Shown: positions 1 through 13,932 of the stretch, one piece after another | How positions within the stretch are numbered: position 1 is the stretch's first letter | Layout of the letters: each line of letters begins with the position of its first letter | Origin: Octopus vulgaris | Taxonomy: Eukaryota | NCBI GenBank assembly: GCA_951406725.2 | Contig: OX597820.1 | Location: 69,378,001-69,442,000 of the forward strand | Direction of reading: 5' to 3' | DNA length: 64,000 nt | Notes under the pieces: generated by a model | What the model was told of the DNA's origin: nothing | The model's input: the letters and a program-made list of their open reading frames with translations, nothing else | The model's database searches: none | Program-made: the position numbers and the translations under genes

Positions 1-1439
1 TTGATGATTGTTAAGAGATAACTCTTTACAGGAAACCATTGGTAATCTTTTTACCCTCAAATAAAGTAGATATATTACACAAGAACACACATGCTCACAC
101 ATACAAATCAGTCGACTGAAACTAATACCTTGAAGCTCCTACGTTATCTATAAAAGTTGTTTTTTAAAAATTCACTTTTAATACATAAATATATATATTG
201 ACCTTCCTGACACTGTTCCATTATGTCAAAGATTTAGTTTTACATCATTCAGTTCGTTTAACATTTAGGGATTGTTTAACGCCTAACACAATAAAACACA
301 AATATTCGAAAGGATAAAATTTGTTATCGTGTTTTCACAACATGCGTACATCTTTAAGTTTGTCTTATATATATAGACAGGTTTATACATACAGGGTCCT
401 TGTCTTACTCATTCATAGCTTTTATAAGGGCAGATATGATACGAGTTCAACCTCAAAATTCATTGTTATATTTAGTTATATAGATACATTCTTCCACTCT
501 TCTATAAGTTCAAACATTAGGACGGAATAATATAGGATAAAAAAGAAAAGGAATTTAATATCGAACACGTGCTGTATTGAATTGAACCTTTGCCAATCAA
601 AGAAATCAATACATGTATATATATATGTATGTATGTGTGTGTGTATTATACATGTTTATACATGTGTATTATACATGTTTTGTATCAGAGATGTTACCTT
701 TTATTCTTCTGTCTTTCTTTTAATACTGATTCTGCGAATCTTTCGTTAATTCTCACATTCAGGTAAAGAATAAAAGGTTAATATGTGTATTGTGGTGTCG
801 AATAATGCAGTTTCCTATTAGCTACGTGTCTATGAACTAAACAATAAAGACATTTAGAAAAATTCAAGTATTCCAATTTGCTATTCTTTCCGAATAATAG
901 TGAGAGCCAGTAGAAGGGAAGTTGACAAGAAATTAGGCGAATGTTAGGAGAGTTCTGTTAATCAGAGTTAACTTCAATATCGTCACGATAGATTTACTAT
1001 TATTTATGTTTTTTAGTTTCTCAGCCACAAGCATATTTGCTTCATATTAAACCGCCTAACACACACACTCATATACATATAGAAACTCGCTCACAATACG
1101 TAAACACGTAATACATCATGTATTCAGATAATTTCCCCTGATTTGCTCTACTCGGAGTTTCTTGTTACCACTTCACCAAGTGACACACCGTTGTTAACCC
1201 ATACTCGTATATCTGTGAACGTATATATGCACACAGACCAATATATACCTATATATACACCCATATGTACATGTACATATATAAATATCATATGCGTATA
1301 TAAGAATGCTTAGACATGTAGACACATGCATAATGACATAAGTATATACATATACGGGTTTAAAGAATGCTTGATTAATTAAGAACTAATTATTTCGATC
1401 CTAGTAAAATCATTTCAATACAATAACAGGAGCAACACA

Positions 1440-1497
<58 letters not shown>

Positions 1498-1501
1498 ACT
1501 G

Positions 1502-1530
<29 letters not shown>

Positions 1531-1535
<5 letters not shown>

Positions 1536-1617
1536 AATAATGATCACGATGATGATAACATATCTCAACCAGTCTCTTAAATGAAGGGTTTTGCTTGTGA
1601 TTAATAGAGAAATTATT
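1531..1617 (+). repeat. 87-bp dispersed duplicate of 28074-28160
   Basis: actacaataatgatcacgatgatgataacatatctcaaccagtctcttaaatgaa(g/a)ggttttgcttgtgattaatagagaaattatt, one mismatch; both copies follow a (CTA)n tract. Confidence 0.9.
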
Positions 1618-1995
1618 CATACGATATAGTGCTAATAATAATAATAATAATAATAATATGAGGTATTGATAATACTGTACTAAAGTGAATGAAACAACAT
1701 CATAGGTAATATTTAATAGCACCATCCGCAGAAATTCCGTAGGTATGATCTGGAATTTAAGATAATTCCCTTTGTAATTGTAATTTTTTTAAAGCGTTTC
1801 AGGATTTACATGGCATAAAGTCCACACGACACTGACAGCACTGTATTAGGAAGTGAGATCTTTGAAAGAAAACTACATTCTTTGTTATAGATCTCTCAGA
1901 TTTTCTGCCTTGATAATTCTTGTTTTTCTTTTGTTTTGCTCCAGTAAAGCATAAGCATATCCTTTCGAATGAAATTCTCTCGATCTATCTATCTA

Positions 1996-2034
<39 letters not shown>

Positions 2035-2039
<5 letters not shown>

Positions 2040-2245
2040 GCGCAATGGCCCAGTGGTTATGGCAGCGGACTCGCGGTCGGAGGATTGCGGTTTCAATTCC
2101 CAGACCGGGCGTTGTACTTTTTCTCCAGAACTTTCTCTCTCAATTCCTGTTTCTTGAGTAACGCTGCGATGGACTGGCGTCCCGTCCAGCTGGGAGGAAC
2201 TTATACGCCACAGAAAGTAAACCGAGCTCATGAGACTGGCTATAC
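2035..2245 (+). mobile_element. tRNA-derived SINE (family B)
   Basis: GAGGCGCAATGGCCCAGTGGTTATGGCAGCGGACTCGCGGTCGGAGGATTGCGGTTTCAATTCCCAGACCGGGCG: A box, anticodon-like arm, B box; continues to gcgatggactggcgtcccgtccagctggg. Same head at 33514-33600. Follows (TG)n. Confidence 0.8.
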
Positions 2246-2259
2246 TTGATGATGGCGAC

Positions 2260-2314
<55 letters not shown>

Positions 2315-2340
2315 CATATATACATATATACATATATACA

Positions 2341-2470
2341 TACACAGAGTTGGCTAAAAGTTACCCGACAGTAAATAAAAAATTCCATAGATATTATCTG
2401 TAATTCTGTGTTGACTCCAATGGAAAGATGTGTCTCTCAAGAAGATCTTCAGTTTGAACAATTTTGATGA
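2341..2470 (+). mobile_element. Possible Tc1/mariner-type DNA transposon remnant
   Basis: cagagttggctaaaagttacccgacagt next to a TA tract looks like a terminal inverted repeat; atggaaagatgtgtctctcaagaagatcttcagtttgaacaattttga = MERCVSQEDLQFEQF*, similar to the C..x.G..FE.. transposase C-terminus. No second TIR found. Confidence 0.3.
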
Positions 2471-2537
2471 AGTTTCACATTTAGATGCTTTTATTAACCC
2501 TAACCCTCATTTGTGGGTTAAACGACAAGAGAGTCCA

Positions 2538-2579
<42 letters not shown>

Positions 2580-2609
2580 GTGTATGAATTTGCATTGCAA
2601 GATTTCAGA

Positions 2610-2672
<63 letters not shown>

Positions 2673-2675
<3 letters not shown>

Positions 2676-2768
2676 TGTATCTGTGTGGTAAGAAGCTACT
2701 ATAGTCTCGGGTCGACCAAATGCTTGTGACTGAACTTGGTAGACGGAAACTGAAAGAAGTCAGTTGTA
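2673..2768 (+). mobile_element. SINE family A, internally deleted 5' part
   Basis: ctgtgtggtaagaagct joined directly to actatagtctcgggtcgaccaaatgcttgtgactgaacttggtagacggaaactgaaagaag; the B-box segment present at about 33810-33860 is missing. Confidence 0.75.
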
Positions 2769-2889
2769 TATATATATATATGTATGTGTATGTGTGTGTG
2801 TGTGTGTGTATTTACGTATGTATGTATGAATTTCTGCATACATACATACATGCATCCATACATGCATATATATATATATACACACACAC

Positions 2890-3045
2890 TCCGGGTTTCC
2901 GTGCAGTTTTCCGATATCAAATTCTCTCTCAAAACATGGGTCCGCCCGAAGCTGTTGTAGAAAACACCTGCGAAAGGTGCTGAGCAATGGGCCTGATCCT
3001 AAAACCACGCGCTTGCAATGCGATCTTCTTAATATGCATGCATAT
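2890..3045 (-). mobile_element. SINE family A, diverged 5' part on the minus strand
   Basis: Reverse complement reads ...gcacctttcgcaggtgttttctacaacagcttcgggcggacc...tttgagagagaatttgatatcggaaaactgcacggaaacccg, homologous to the family A body. Confidence 0.65.
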
Positions 3046-3971
3046 ACAGAAACAATAAGATTTCTTGACAAAACTCTACCTCCTTATTATAGTTTGAGAA
3101 ATTCTAGAAGCTATTTGACATATTTTTGGGGGGTTTTTTTCCGTTTTTTTTTTCTTTATATGTGGTTTATATTGTTGTTTGAGTGTTTCGGAAATGGCGA
3201 CAAGTAAGGATAGTTAGTGGGAGACAACAATAAACAACATAAACATCATTTTAAAACTAAATTAAACGGGCAATTTCCTAACTAAATTACACAAGAAATA
3301 TCCCACATCTTGTTTGGTTTTGTTGAAATTTTCATTATATCATTTTATTTTGGTGTATTTCTATATTTATTTATATTTATTTATATTTATTTGTTTACTT
3401 CGAATGCTCGTGTAAAGTGAGTTGAAAGTCTGTAAGGAAACAAACTTGTAGCTACAAGCTATATTATAAAGAAAGCGTAGATACCCACTCACACTCGATC
3501 GCATTCACTTACGCACTAACTCACTCACTCACTCACTCACTCACTGATTCTTCCTTTTCTCAATCGCTCCAAGCGATGTTGGCAAGCAACAACAACATGC
3601 CCAGCAGTCATATAGCTAGCAGCAGCTCCTCCCATATAAACGCTTACACAACCAACCGTTGAGGGTAATACATAGATATATAAATATATCAGGTGAAAGC
3701 TGGTGTTTAATTGGTCAGCATTCTTATTCTTCGTCAAAACAAAAAATTTAACAACAGAATGTATGCATATATATGTATATTTGTAGAGGCTGGTGGTGGT
3801 CAACTCGATACGATAACTAAAGTGGTGGCAATGTGTGGGGGGCGTCTCTCCACCCATACCATATATTATTAATCGACCCAGCTGCTAGAAATAACAACTA
3901 AATCTTTACTTTGAGTTGCATACTCTACCGTCTCTCCCCCTTTCTCTTTGTGTGTGTGTATGAGTGTGCGC

Positions 3972-4166
3972 AGATCGTTAGCTACTACACACATTTTTTT
4001 TTGTACTTGTTTCTCTCCTTGTTTTTTTCTGTGTATCTTTCTGTAGAAGAGCGTAGGCTCGAAACGTAAAAGACTTTTTCTATTCCTGAGCGCTATACTA
4101 ATACATCTGTTTATTTGTACACCACCTGCCTTCGTCTTTTGTTTATTTTCGTAAATTTTCCCTTTA

Positions 4167-4170
<4 letters not shown>
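3972..4170 (+). mobile_element. Penelope-like terminal repeat or non-autonomous element, copy 1, with a hammerhead-like motif
   Basis: cgttagctactacacac...tctttctgtagaagagcgtaggctcgaaacgtaaaagac...cctgagcgc.atactaatac...ccacctgccttcgtcttttgtttattttc; homologous to the minus-strand copies at about 39853-40150 and 57595-57780. All end at (TA)n or a similar microsatellite. The Penelope assignment rests on the motif only. Confidence 0.6.
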
Positions 4171-4227
<57 letters not shown>

Positions 4228-4245
4228 AAGGTATACATATGTATG

Positions 4246-4306
<61 letters not shown>

Positions 4307-5138
4307 ATGTAAAGATATATATATTCGTATCTATCAATCGTATGTATACGTATCTATCTATATCTATGTGTGTGTGTGTGTGTGTTTGTGTATGGCTTTT
4401 TCGTTGTTATCATGCTTGAGGATTACTGAGCTATTTTGTACCATTATTCAACGAGTAGGAAGTTGATGGAACATCGAAAAGACTAAACGTCGAAACAGAA
4501 AAAGAACCATTTAGTAATACCATAACTAAAATATGTACTGTTTGTTCACAAACATTACGTAAGACAACCATTTGAATATAAGACTTGACTAGATAAGTCT
4601 AAGATGCTGATGTTGTTGTTGTTGCTGTTGTCTCTTAGCCTAGGCACGTCTACGCTGCGAAAACCTATTGTTAAAGAGAAACATGAGCTCCCCATCCTAC
4701 TCACAACAGTTCGCATATAAATCTCCGCTTGTTTTATATAAACCAATAGGTTGTACACGATTTCAGGAAAATTCACCAGCTGTTTCTAGGAGATCAAGCT
4801 ACTCCATAGAAGGTCCTTTCTTTACCCGTCGAAATCTCTAATCAAAGACTTTCTAGGCATGATGATCCCACATAAAGAAATAATTTTTCATAAGATACAC
4901 TTTGTTACAACCATTGCTTGAAATATAATTGATGATTGTGGTTCCTGTTGAGACTTGGGTTTACAGATCTCTCTGAGCAAAGATCTTCCAGCATAGAATG
5001 AATTGTATTGGCCAATATGTCCTTCGTTTATCTATGAGTGTAGGATGATTTGACTGCAAATCAGTCAGTCAATCAATCAATCAATCACTTAATTAATCAT
5101 TCAATCAGTCTCTCTAAGTCTGTCTGTCTCTCTCTCCC

Positions 5139-5184
<46 letters not shown>

Positions 5185-5434
5185 GTGTGTGTATGTGTGT
5201 AAAATTATCCAAAATATATCCTTCTATAAGACCGTATGGCATGTGATGATAAGTGTGGCGTATTTAGTTATTATAGTTATTATCAATAGCTAGGAAGGCA
5301 TCCACAATAGGGTCTCCTTTATTGCTTTCTAAGAAGAGAGATATTCTTTCCTCCAGATCATCTCTCCAATATACGTATGTTTCAGGAGTTTACTTAGTTG
5401 TCACCAGTACACCTAGCAATCCATTATCTACTAC

Positions 5435-5622
5435 ATCTTAGCTGTTTAGTCTCACGTCAATCCTCATCGATCAAACATTTATGTAGTTAAAGGCATTCCA
5501 GCTGTGATCATCCTATCCTTTAAATATATTTATAGAAACCATGAACACAGTATCCCACGTGTCCAGTTGTTTCAGAAGATAGTAGTGTGTTATTAGAGGG
5601 AGATTTGTATTCTATCTCTAGA
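5435..5622 (+). repeat. Unclassified dispersed repeat; related fragments near 29480-29540, 30320-30368 (-), 32520-32580 and 43190-43350 (-)
   Basis: Shared motif gttgtttag.c..a.gtca..cctgat...a.a..tatg...aaaggcattcca.c..tga.catcc; best-preserved copy is cagcctgatcaaaactgacccggggctaaacaacaacaac at 30330-30368. Confidence 0.45.
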
Positions 5623-6442
5623 AAATCAACAACATAAAGGTTCTCTGCATCATTCGTAAAATAGCTCTGATTGGCTGTATGCAAATGAGGTCCTTACTGA
5701 GGTCCGGAACTCTCGTGGGGAAAAAAATTCGCTTGCTCGACTCCACAAAATTAAGTGCCAACCAAAGAACTAATGTTGCAATAACCCACTCGTATACTTC
5801 AAGAAAAGCTGCTAGTTTGTGTCTAAGTTTAGAAACCAATGTAAATTACCATTATTCTTGAATACTTTCCATAAGAAATATATTGTAAATTGATGCAATG
5901 GCTGAGCTAATAGAGGGATCTATCATTACAATCACTAATCAAATATAATATGTATCCATATTGCACAAAGTTTATTATAGACATAGACACGTACGTACAT
6001 GTCAACGAATACGTGTGTCTGTGTGTGTGTGTGTGTGCATGTGTGAGTGTGTGTTATTTATTGCATATGCATTAATGTGTAATATTAATTACACCCATGC
6101 ATACACATTATACATGAACACACACACAAACACACACGCGCACACACATACACGCATACACATATCCGGAGGGCTGAATCCTAACATAATGAAGACATGC
6201 TCTCATATATATATCAATATCTATCTATCTAACTATCCCTCTCTCTCTCACTCTCTCTCTCTATGTATACATATATGTATGTATGTATGTATGTATGTAT
6301 AAATATATATACATATATATATACCTGCGCAGACTTACACACACATACATATGTGGCTATTTGTATGCATTAGTGCATTGGTACTTTCATGTATATAAGA
6401 TTATACTCATATACAGACATATATACACATACACATGCACTC

Positions 6443-6525
<83 letters not shown>

Positions 6526-6889
6526 TAAGCTAGGTTCAATGGCGGAGTAGAGATACAAATAGTGATCTATATAAATTGTGACACGCAATTTGCCCCGGAG
6601 CTAAATATGCAGACATAAGATTTTATAAATCACAAAGGTTACTGTTAGTAGTCCAATGCATCCTCTCTATCATCTGAAATATAACTTGCCATCATTCAGG
6701 TTTGAAATTAAATTTACTATGTACACACACACACACACAGAGAGGCTCAGAGGCACATACATGACAGATGCGCGCCAACATACACACATTTATAGCCGTA
6801 TCTCTCTAAATATATATATGCATGTTTCTATGTATGTATGTATGTATGTATGTATGTATGTATGTTTGTATCTGTCTGTGTCTCTCTGT

Positions 6890-6979
<90 letters not shown>

Positions 6980-7010
6980 GTCTCTCTCTCTCTCTTTTTC
7001 TGTCTCTCTC

Positions 7011-7048
<38 letters not shown>

Positions 7049-7096
7049 CATATATATGTGTGCGTGTGTCCACGTGTGTATGTTGTATAAATATAA

Positions 7097-7139
<43 letters not shown>

Positions 7140-7539
7140 TGTATGTACACATTATGTAGATATGTATTTGCATGTACATATATGTGTATGTGTGCGTGTG
7201 CGTGTTTATACACATAGAGACAGACAGACAGACATATAGATAGAAAGATATGTTGAGTGCAGGGAAAAATCTACCTATGTTGCTTCTTGGTGACTGCATT
7301 CGTAAGGCTTTGTGTTTCAGCCTGTACGTAAGCATGCTTCTGTGTTTAATAAAGCATTCCTTATTTGTTCGTGTGTATGCGTCAGTGTACGTGTGTGTTG
7401 AGAGGAGTGTATGTGTGATTTCTCTGATTATTTCATCTGAAAACTTCCCCCCCCCACACCATACACACACATAGACTCACAGACAGACGGCTATGTATAC
7501 ACCACCCGTATAAAGTATACTCCTGGTCCATTATATGCC

Positions 7540-8022
7540 AAATATCTACTTTGCCTTACTACTGCTCGTACGAATTAGCCAGCAAGGGGCCATACGATCA
7601 ATTAAACATGTTCCCTGGACAATTAGAATTTAAATAAATAAGAAAAAAATGAATAAATAAATAAAACAAAAGTGAGGACGGGGGTAGAAAGCAAAGGATA
7701 TTAAGCGAGAGTGTGTCTGAAGCGTTGGCGAGACCATAGCGGGAGACCTAACAGTCATCCATTCTTATGCTACTAGGACGCCATCATCATCGGTCCCAGC
7801 TCGTTTGCACTTTGCCCGGAGGAGGATTCATAAGGCCATATCCAGCCGAAGAAACCCATAAACTGGGAACCATACAGTTTGCTGTTTCTTATTCCAATAC
7901 TCGTTCTAAAATCTTGTTGTTCTCTTCGTTGTACCAGACACAATATAGGAGATTGGGTTCGTGTAGGAGGCGCCTGGTTGGTTGTCTGCTGACGTTGGTG
8001 CCTCTCTTTAATCAACAGAACT
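7540..8022 (+). promoter_or_regulatory. Putative promoter / 5' UTR island of AP-2
   Basis: About 500 bp of non-repetitive, relatively GC/CpG-rich sequence between microsatellite blocks, directly upstream of the candidate ATG. No transcription start can be read from the sequence. Confidence 0.35.
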
Positions 8023-8058
8023 ATGCCGGCAATCTATGGATATCTGGAGAATGAACTG
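8023..8058 (+). CDS. TFAP2: Candidate short first coding exon of AP-2 (MPAIYGYLENEL)
   Basis: ATG in aactATG context (A at -3), 12 codons, then CTG|GTCAGC in phase 0, joining in frame to DRRD at 11432. AP-2 genes have short, variable first coding exons. Sits at the end of a GC-richer unique island. Donor is only moderate and I do not recognise the peptide. Confidence 0.4.
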
Positions 8059-8298
8059 GTCAGCTAATCAAATTTTTCGTGTTCTCGTTATGTCATAATG
8101 TATATAATGTATAACCGTTTATAACATTGCAGTTGGGCTCTAAACACATATCACATCAATACATATATGTATACACACAAACATACTTACATTCATATAT
8201 GCATACGAGCCATATATATTTACATATGTACAGGAAGGAAGAAAGATCCGGAAGATCATGGCATGTGGTTGCTAAGCTCACTTTTGAATCACACGGTC

Positions 8299-8363
<65 letters not shown>

Positions 8364-8692
8364 GTATGTATATATGTATATATATACATATATATACATA
8401 TATATATATACATATATACATATATAAATGTATATATATATATGTATATGTATGTCTATATATGTATATATATATATATATATGTATATGTATGTATATA
8501 TATGTATATATATATATGTATATGTATTTATATATATATGTGTGTATATATGTATATATGTTTATATATATGTAAACATATATATATGCATATATGCCTA
8601 AGAATATATATGTATATATATGTGTGTGTACCTCTGCGTATGTATATATATATATATATACACACGTGCATATGCAAGTATATATAATATAA

Positions 8693-8734
<42 letters not shown>

Positions 8735-8953
8735 ATATATTTGTTTGTTTATGTGTGTGTGTTTGTGTGTATATCTGTATATATATATATATATATATAT
8801 GTGTGTACGTATAACAATAGGATGGTAATTAATCATTGTTATAATTCTTGATAATCTCAAAAATATCCTTTTGATCGTTATTATAATAATCATCCTCATG
8901 ACCCACCACAGCCTCACATCCCCTTCATCACAGTCGTCCTCATCATTCTAACT

Positions 8954-8991
<38 letters not shown>

Positions 8992-9659
8992 AATCATCAT
9001 CATCATCATCACATTGACTCAAATAGTGTTATTCTAACGTTTGGTTATTATTAATCCCTAAATATAATTCAGAAATAATGAACTATATTATATTTGTTAT
9101 AAATATCATATCTGTTATAAATTTGAAGGGGTTTTACCCAATTTGTTTATATATATATATTCCCTTCTCTTGTTGTCTTTATACGAGAGACATATGGATG
9201 ATATATATATATATACACATACATACATATATATATATATCGTGATATACAACCATACATGCATACACATATATCAGTACACACTCACACACACACATAC
9301 ACATATATATACATGTATATATAATACACCTTCTGTCTGTCTTGTTGGGTGAACAAGTACATTAAAATTGAATGGACTTTACTTTGTTTTTGAAATACTG
9401 ATTGTTGATTACTATATATTTAAACATTAATCTGGGAGATAATATGTGTGTGCGTGCGTGTGTGTGTGCGTATGAATACCTCAGTTGTATTCATATATTC
9501 ATACATATAATCTTCGTTTGCAGTCGAAGAGTTTATAGCGAAATTGCATGCTATTATTATAGTTGTATCTACTTCGAGAGTCACACTCTGACACACCAAA
9601 CCGTTCATGCACTTATGTTTGTATGTGGATGAGTACTTGTGTTTACATATTTGTGCATA

Positions 9660-9708
<49 letters not shown>

Positions 9709-10177
9709 TCCACTTACATAGCGTATATGATATACAAATAAAAATAATTAGAGTCATGCTTTTTGAAGTTGTTTATAGATACAGTGTTTATTCAACCTTT
9801 TAAACAATGCACAGTGTATCATCCAGGTTGAGTTGAGATTTTCAAGAATTTCATTGAATCTTCCATTTCAAGAACTAAATCTCTGCCTTTGATGTATTGA
9901 TTAATTTATCGAAGAATTTAAATTACTTACTGAAATAAACTAGTTTCAGTGAGTTACGTCCCTTCAAAGACGGTAGCTACTTCAATCATTTCATCTTTTA
10001 CACCGGTTTACGCAATCAAACACAGGCCTGTATATATATATATATATATATAACAATTACAGATACAAACACACAGCCATACTACATACACTACATATAA
10101 ATACTCACACTTGTGTGTGTCTGTGTCTGCATATTTGTCTGTGTGTGTCGGTATAATATACATACATACATACATTC

Positions 10178-10230
<53 letters not shown>

Positions 10231-10236
10231 CGTACA

Positions 10237-10262
10237 TATAAAGGCTTATATTTATACATATG

Positions 10263-10337
<75 letters not shown>

Positions 10338-10442
10338 TATACATATATACAATCACACAAGTGCGAGGTAATATCTGTGTGTTTGTCAATATATGTATTC
10401 CTTTCGCTTATATATAAAGGCTTATATTTATACATATGCTTA

Positions 10443-10496
<54 letters not shown>

Positions 10497-10567
10497 TATA
10501 CATATATACAATCACACAAGTGCGAGGTAATATCTGGTGTGTTTGTCAATATATGTATTCCTTTCGC
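10237..10567 (+). repeat. Tandem duplication of a 155-170 bp unit containing a (TA)n tract
   Basis: tataaaggcttatatttatacatatg...(TA)n gcatatacatatatacaatcacacaagtgcgaggtaatatctg(g)tgtgtttgtcaatatatgtattcctttcgc occurs at 10237-10407 and 10413-10567. Confidence 0.9.
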
Positions 10568-10993
10568 CGGCTAGAATTAGCTGATAGGCGATTATCAATC
10601 AGATAAAAAAAAAACCAAAAAAACACTTGTCTTTTGTACTTTATTGGTAAATGGCTTGTGTTGAATCTGACGAAAAAATTGTTGCTTAAATGACTCGATG
10701 TAATTTCGAATATTTATGAATATATTTACATTCTTGATTATTCTGTAAATGCAATAGAACATTTCGTCAAGTCATTTGTATTGTTTCTAGGTATAACCTT
10801 TTTTTATTTCTATTACATGTAAACGTTTGCCATGTTCTTTTAATTAAGTTTAATTTACCGAATAAAATTCAATTTAAAATTTTGTTTAAACTTATTAAAA
10901 TTAATTTATTCATAATTAATGAAACATATCTAAGTAGTGTGTTATTTTGTTTAACTGAAACTATTAAATATTTATATTTGTGATTTGTGTGCG

Positions 10994-11043
<50 letters not shown>

Positions 11044-11431
11044 CACACACATATATATAGCATTCCTTGTTATTAATGTAATTTTTTTTCTCTTTTTCTC
11101 TTTTCATCTCACTTTTTCTCTCTCCCAACCCACCCGGGACTTCCACCAACATTTACACACCCACGCATACATACGTTCTTCCACTTTCTCTATGTCTCTC
11201 TTTACTCCTCTCTCTCTCTCTCTCTTTCTCTCTTTACTCCTCTCTCTCTCTCTCTTTCTCTCTGACTCTCTGTCTCTGTCTCTCTCTTGCCCTCTCTCTC
11301 TCTCTCTGTGGCATAACTTCTCCGTCGTTTCCTCTTCCTCACACACACACAAACACCCTTTCCTTCTATCTATCTCTTTCTCTCACTTCTGTGCTTTCCT
11401 GTATACGCCCATCTTTTTACCCATTTCCTAG

Positions 11432-11914
11432 GACCGCCGGGACCTGGTCAGCACACACGGTGGACTTGGACAGCTGGTAACTTCTGTTGGGACGTCGGGG
11501 TCTTTCAGTTCGGCCCCAAGACTTTCCCATACACCAACCACGGATTTTCAACCACCATATTTTCCCCCTCCATACAATTTGCCACCCCAACAGCCGGTGG
11601 ACTTTCATCATCCACATGTCCAAACAGATCCTTACACACATTTAAATAGTTTCCACCAAGGGGCACAGCAACATTACCACCAACTGCATCCACCCGAGCG
11701 CAATGTCTTACGACACAGGGAAGATGCTTTACACAACATGTCCTCCGCTTTGCCGGCTGCTTATGAATCAAGACGAACTGACTATAGCGGAGTGAGGCGT
11801 CCTGAGGTTCTGATGCACGGAGGTCACCATGGGCTAGGCATCACAGAACAGGATCCTTCACTTCTTCCATTACATGCCGGAGGGACCATATCTGGACTGG
11901 AAGATGTACCACAG
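11432..11914 (+). CDS. TFAP2: AP-2 (TFAP2 family) transcription factor, exon encoding the N-terminal proline-rich activation domain (equivalent to vertebrate exon 2)
   Basis: Pyrimidine tract and acceptor ...ccatttcctag| then 161 open codons [11 protein letters not shown]...[22 protein letters not shown]...DPYTHLN...[17 protein letters not shown]...LEDVPQ, then donor CAG|GTAATT; phase 0 at both ends. Matches recalled AP-2 hallmarks (DRHD at exon start, [25 protein letters not shown]...LLH, EEVP/EDVQ at exon end). The supplied ORF 11579..11926 is the 3' part. Confidence 0.95.
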
Positions 11915-11979
11915 GTAATTCATTAACTCTGACTCTGTTCATAAAAAAAGTCAAACAACATAGTTCTTTCTGTGTAAGA

Positions 11980-13240
<1,261 letters not shown>

Positions 13241-13704
13241 CCCCAGACAAATCTGTTTCTCTTCAATTTTAGAAAACTCTTCGAAATAAAATTAGATTTA
13301 ATTCTTTTCTTAAAAAACACCAAAACCAATTCATTTTCTCCTTATTTAGTTTATAGTCTTATTACAAATTTGTCTCTCTCCACTTGATCCCCCTGTCTGT
13401 CTCTGTATGTTTCTCTTCTCTCTCTCTCTCTCTCTCTCTTTCTCTTTCACTGTCTCTCTTTCTATCATTGTTTCAGAATAATTCTCTGCATTTCCATTAT
13501 CTTACTTATTCTCACTCTTTTTCACACACATTCTCTTACCTTCAGTCTCTCTCCTTCTCTCTCCCCCCTCTCTTTCACTCACACCCTATCTTCCCCTCTC
13601 TCTCTTCTTCCCTATATACGTCTAAAATATAAATAATAAAAGACTATTTGCGTGTGAGTATATGTGTGTCTACATATTCACACATACAGGCATATACATA
13701 TACA

Positions 13705-13768
<64 letters not shown>

Positions 13769-13854
13769 ATGTGAGGTGTAAGAAATGTAGTATTTCTTAG
13801 ATGCGCATATATATGTATATATATATGTGTGTGCGTGTATATATATGTGTGTGC

Positions 13855-13932
<78 letters not shown>

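Noticed and set aside
2035-2112. tRNA gene (also 33514-33595, 33766-33840, 62963-63030)
   Set aside because: A and B boxes are present but there is no proper acceptor stem, and each continues into a multi-copy SINE body.
3575-3663. Alternative AP-2 first exon (MLASNNNMPSSH...)
   Set aside because: In-frame TGA occurs before the nearby GT, so it cannot join the 11432 exon as coding sequence.
11417-11771. Antisense ORFs 11417-11641 and 11505-11771
   Set aside because: Shadows of the GC-richer AP-2 coding exon on the opposite strand.
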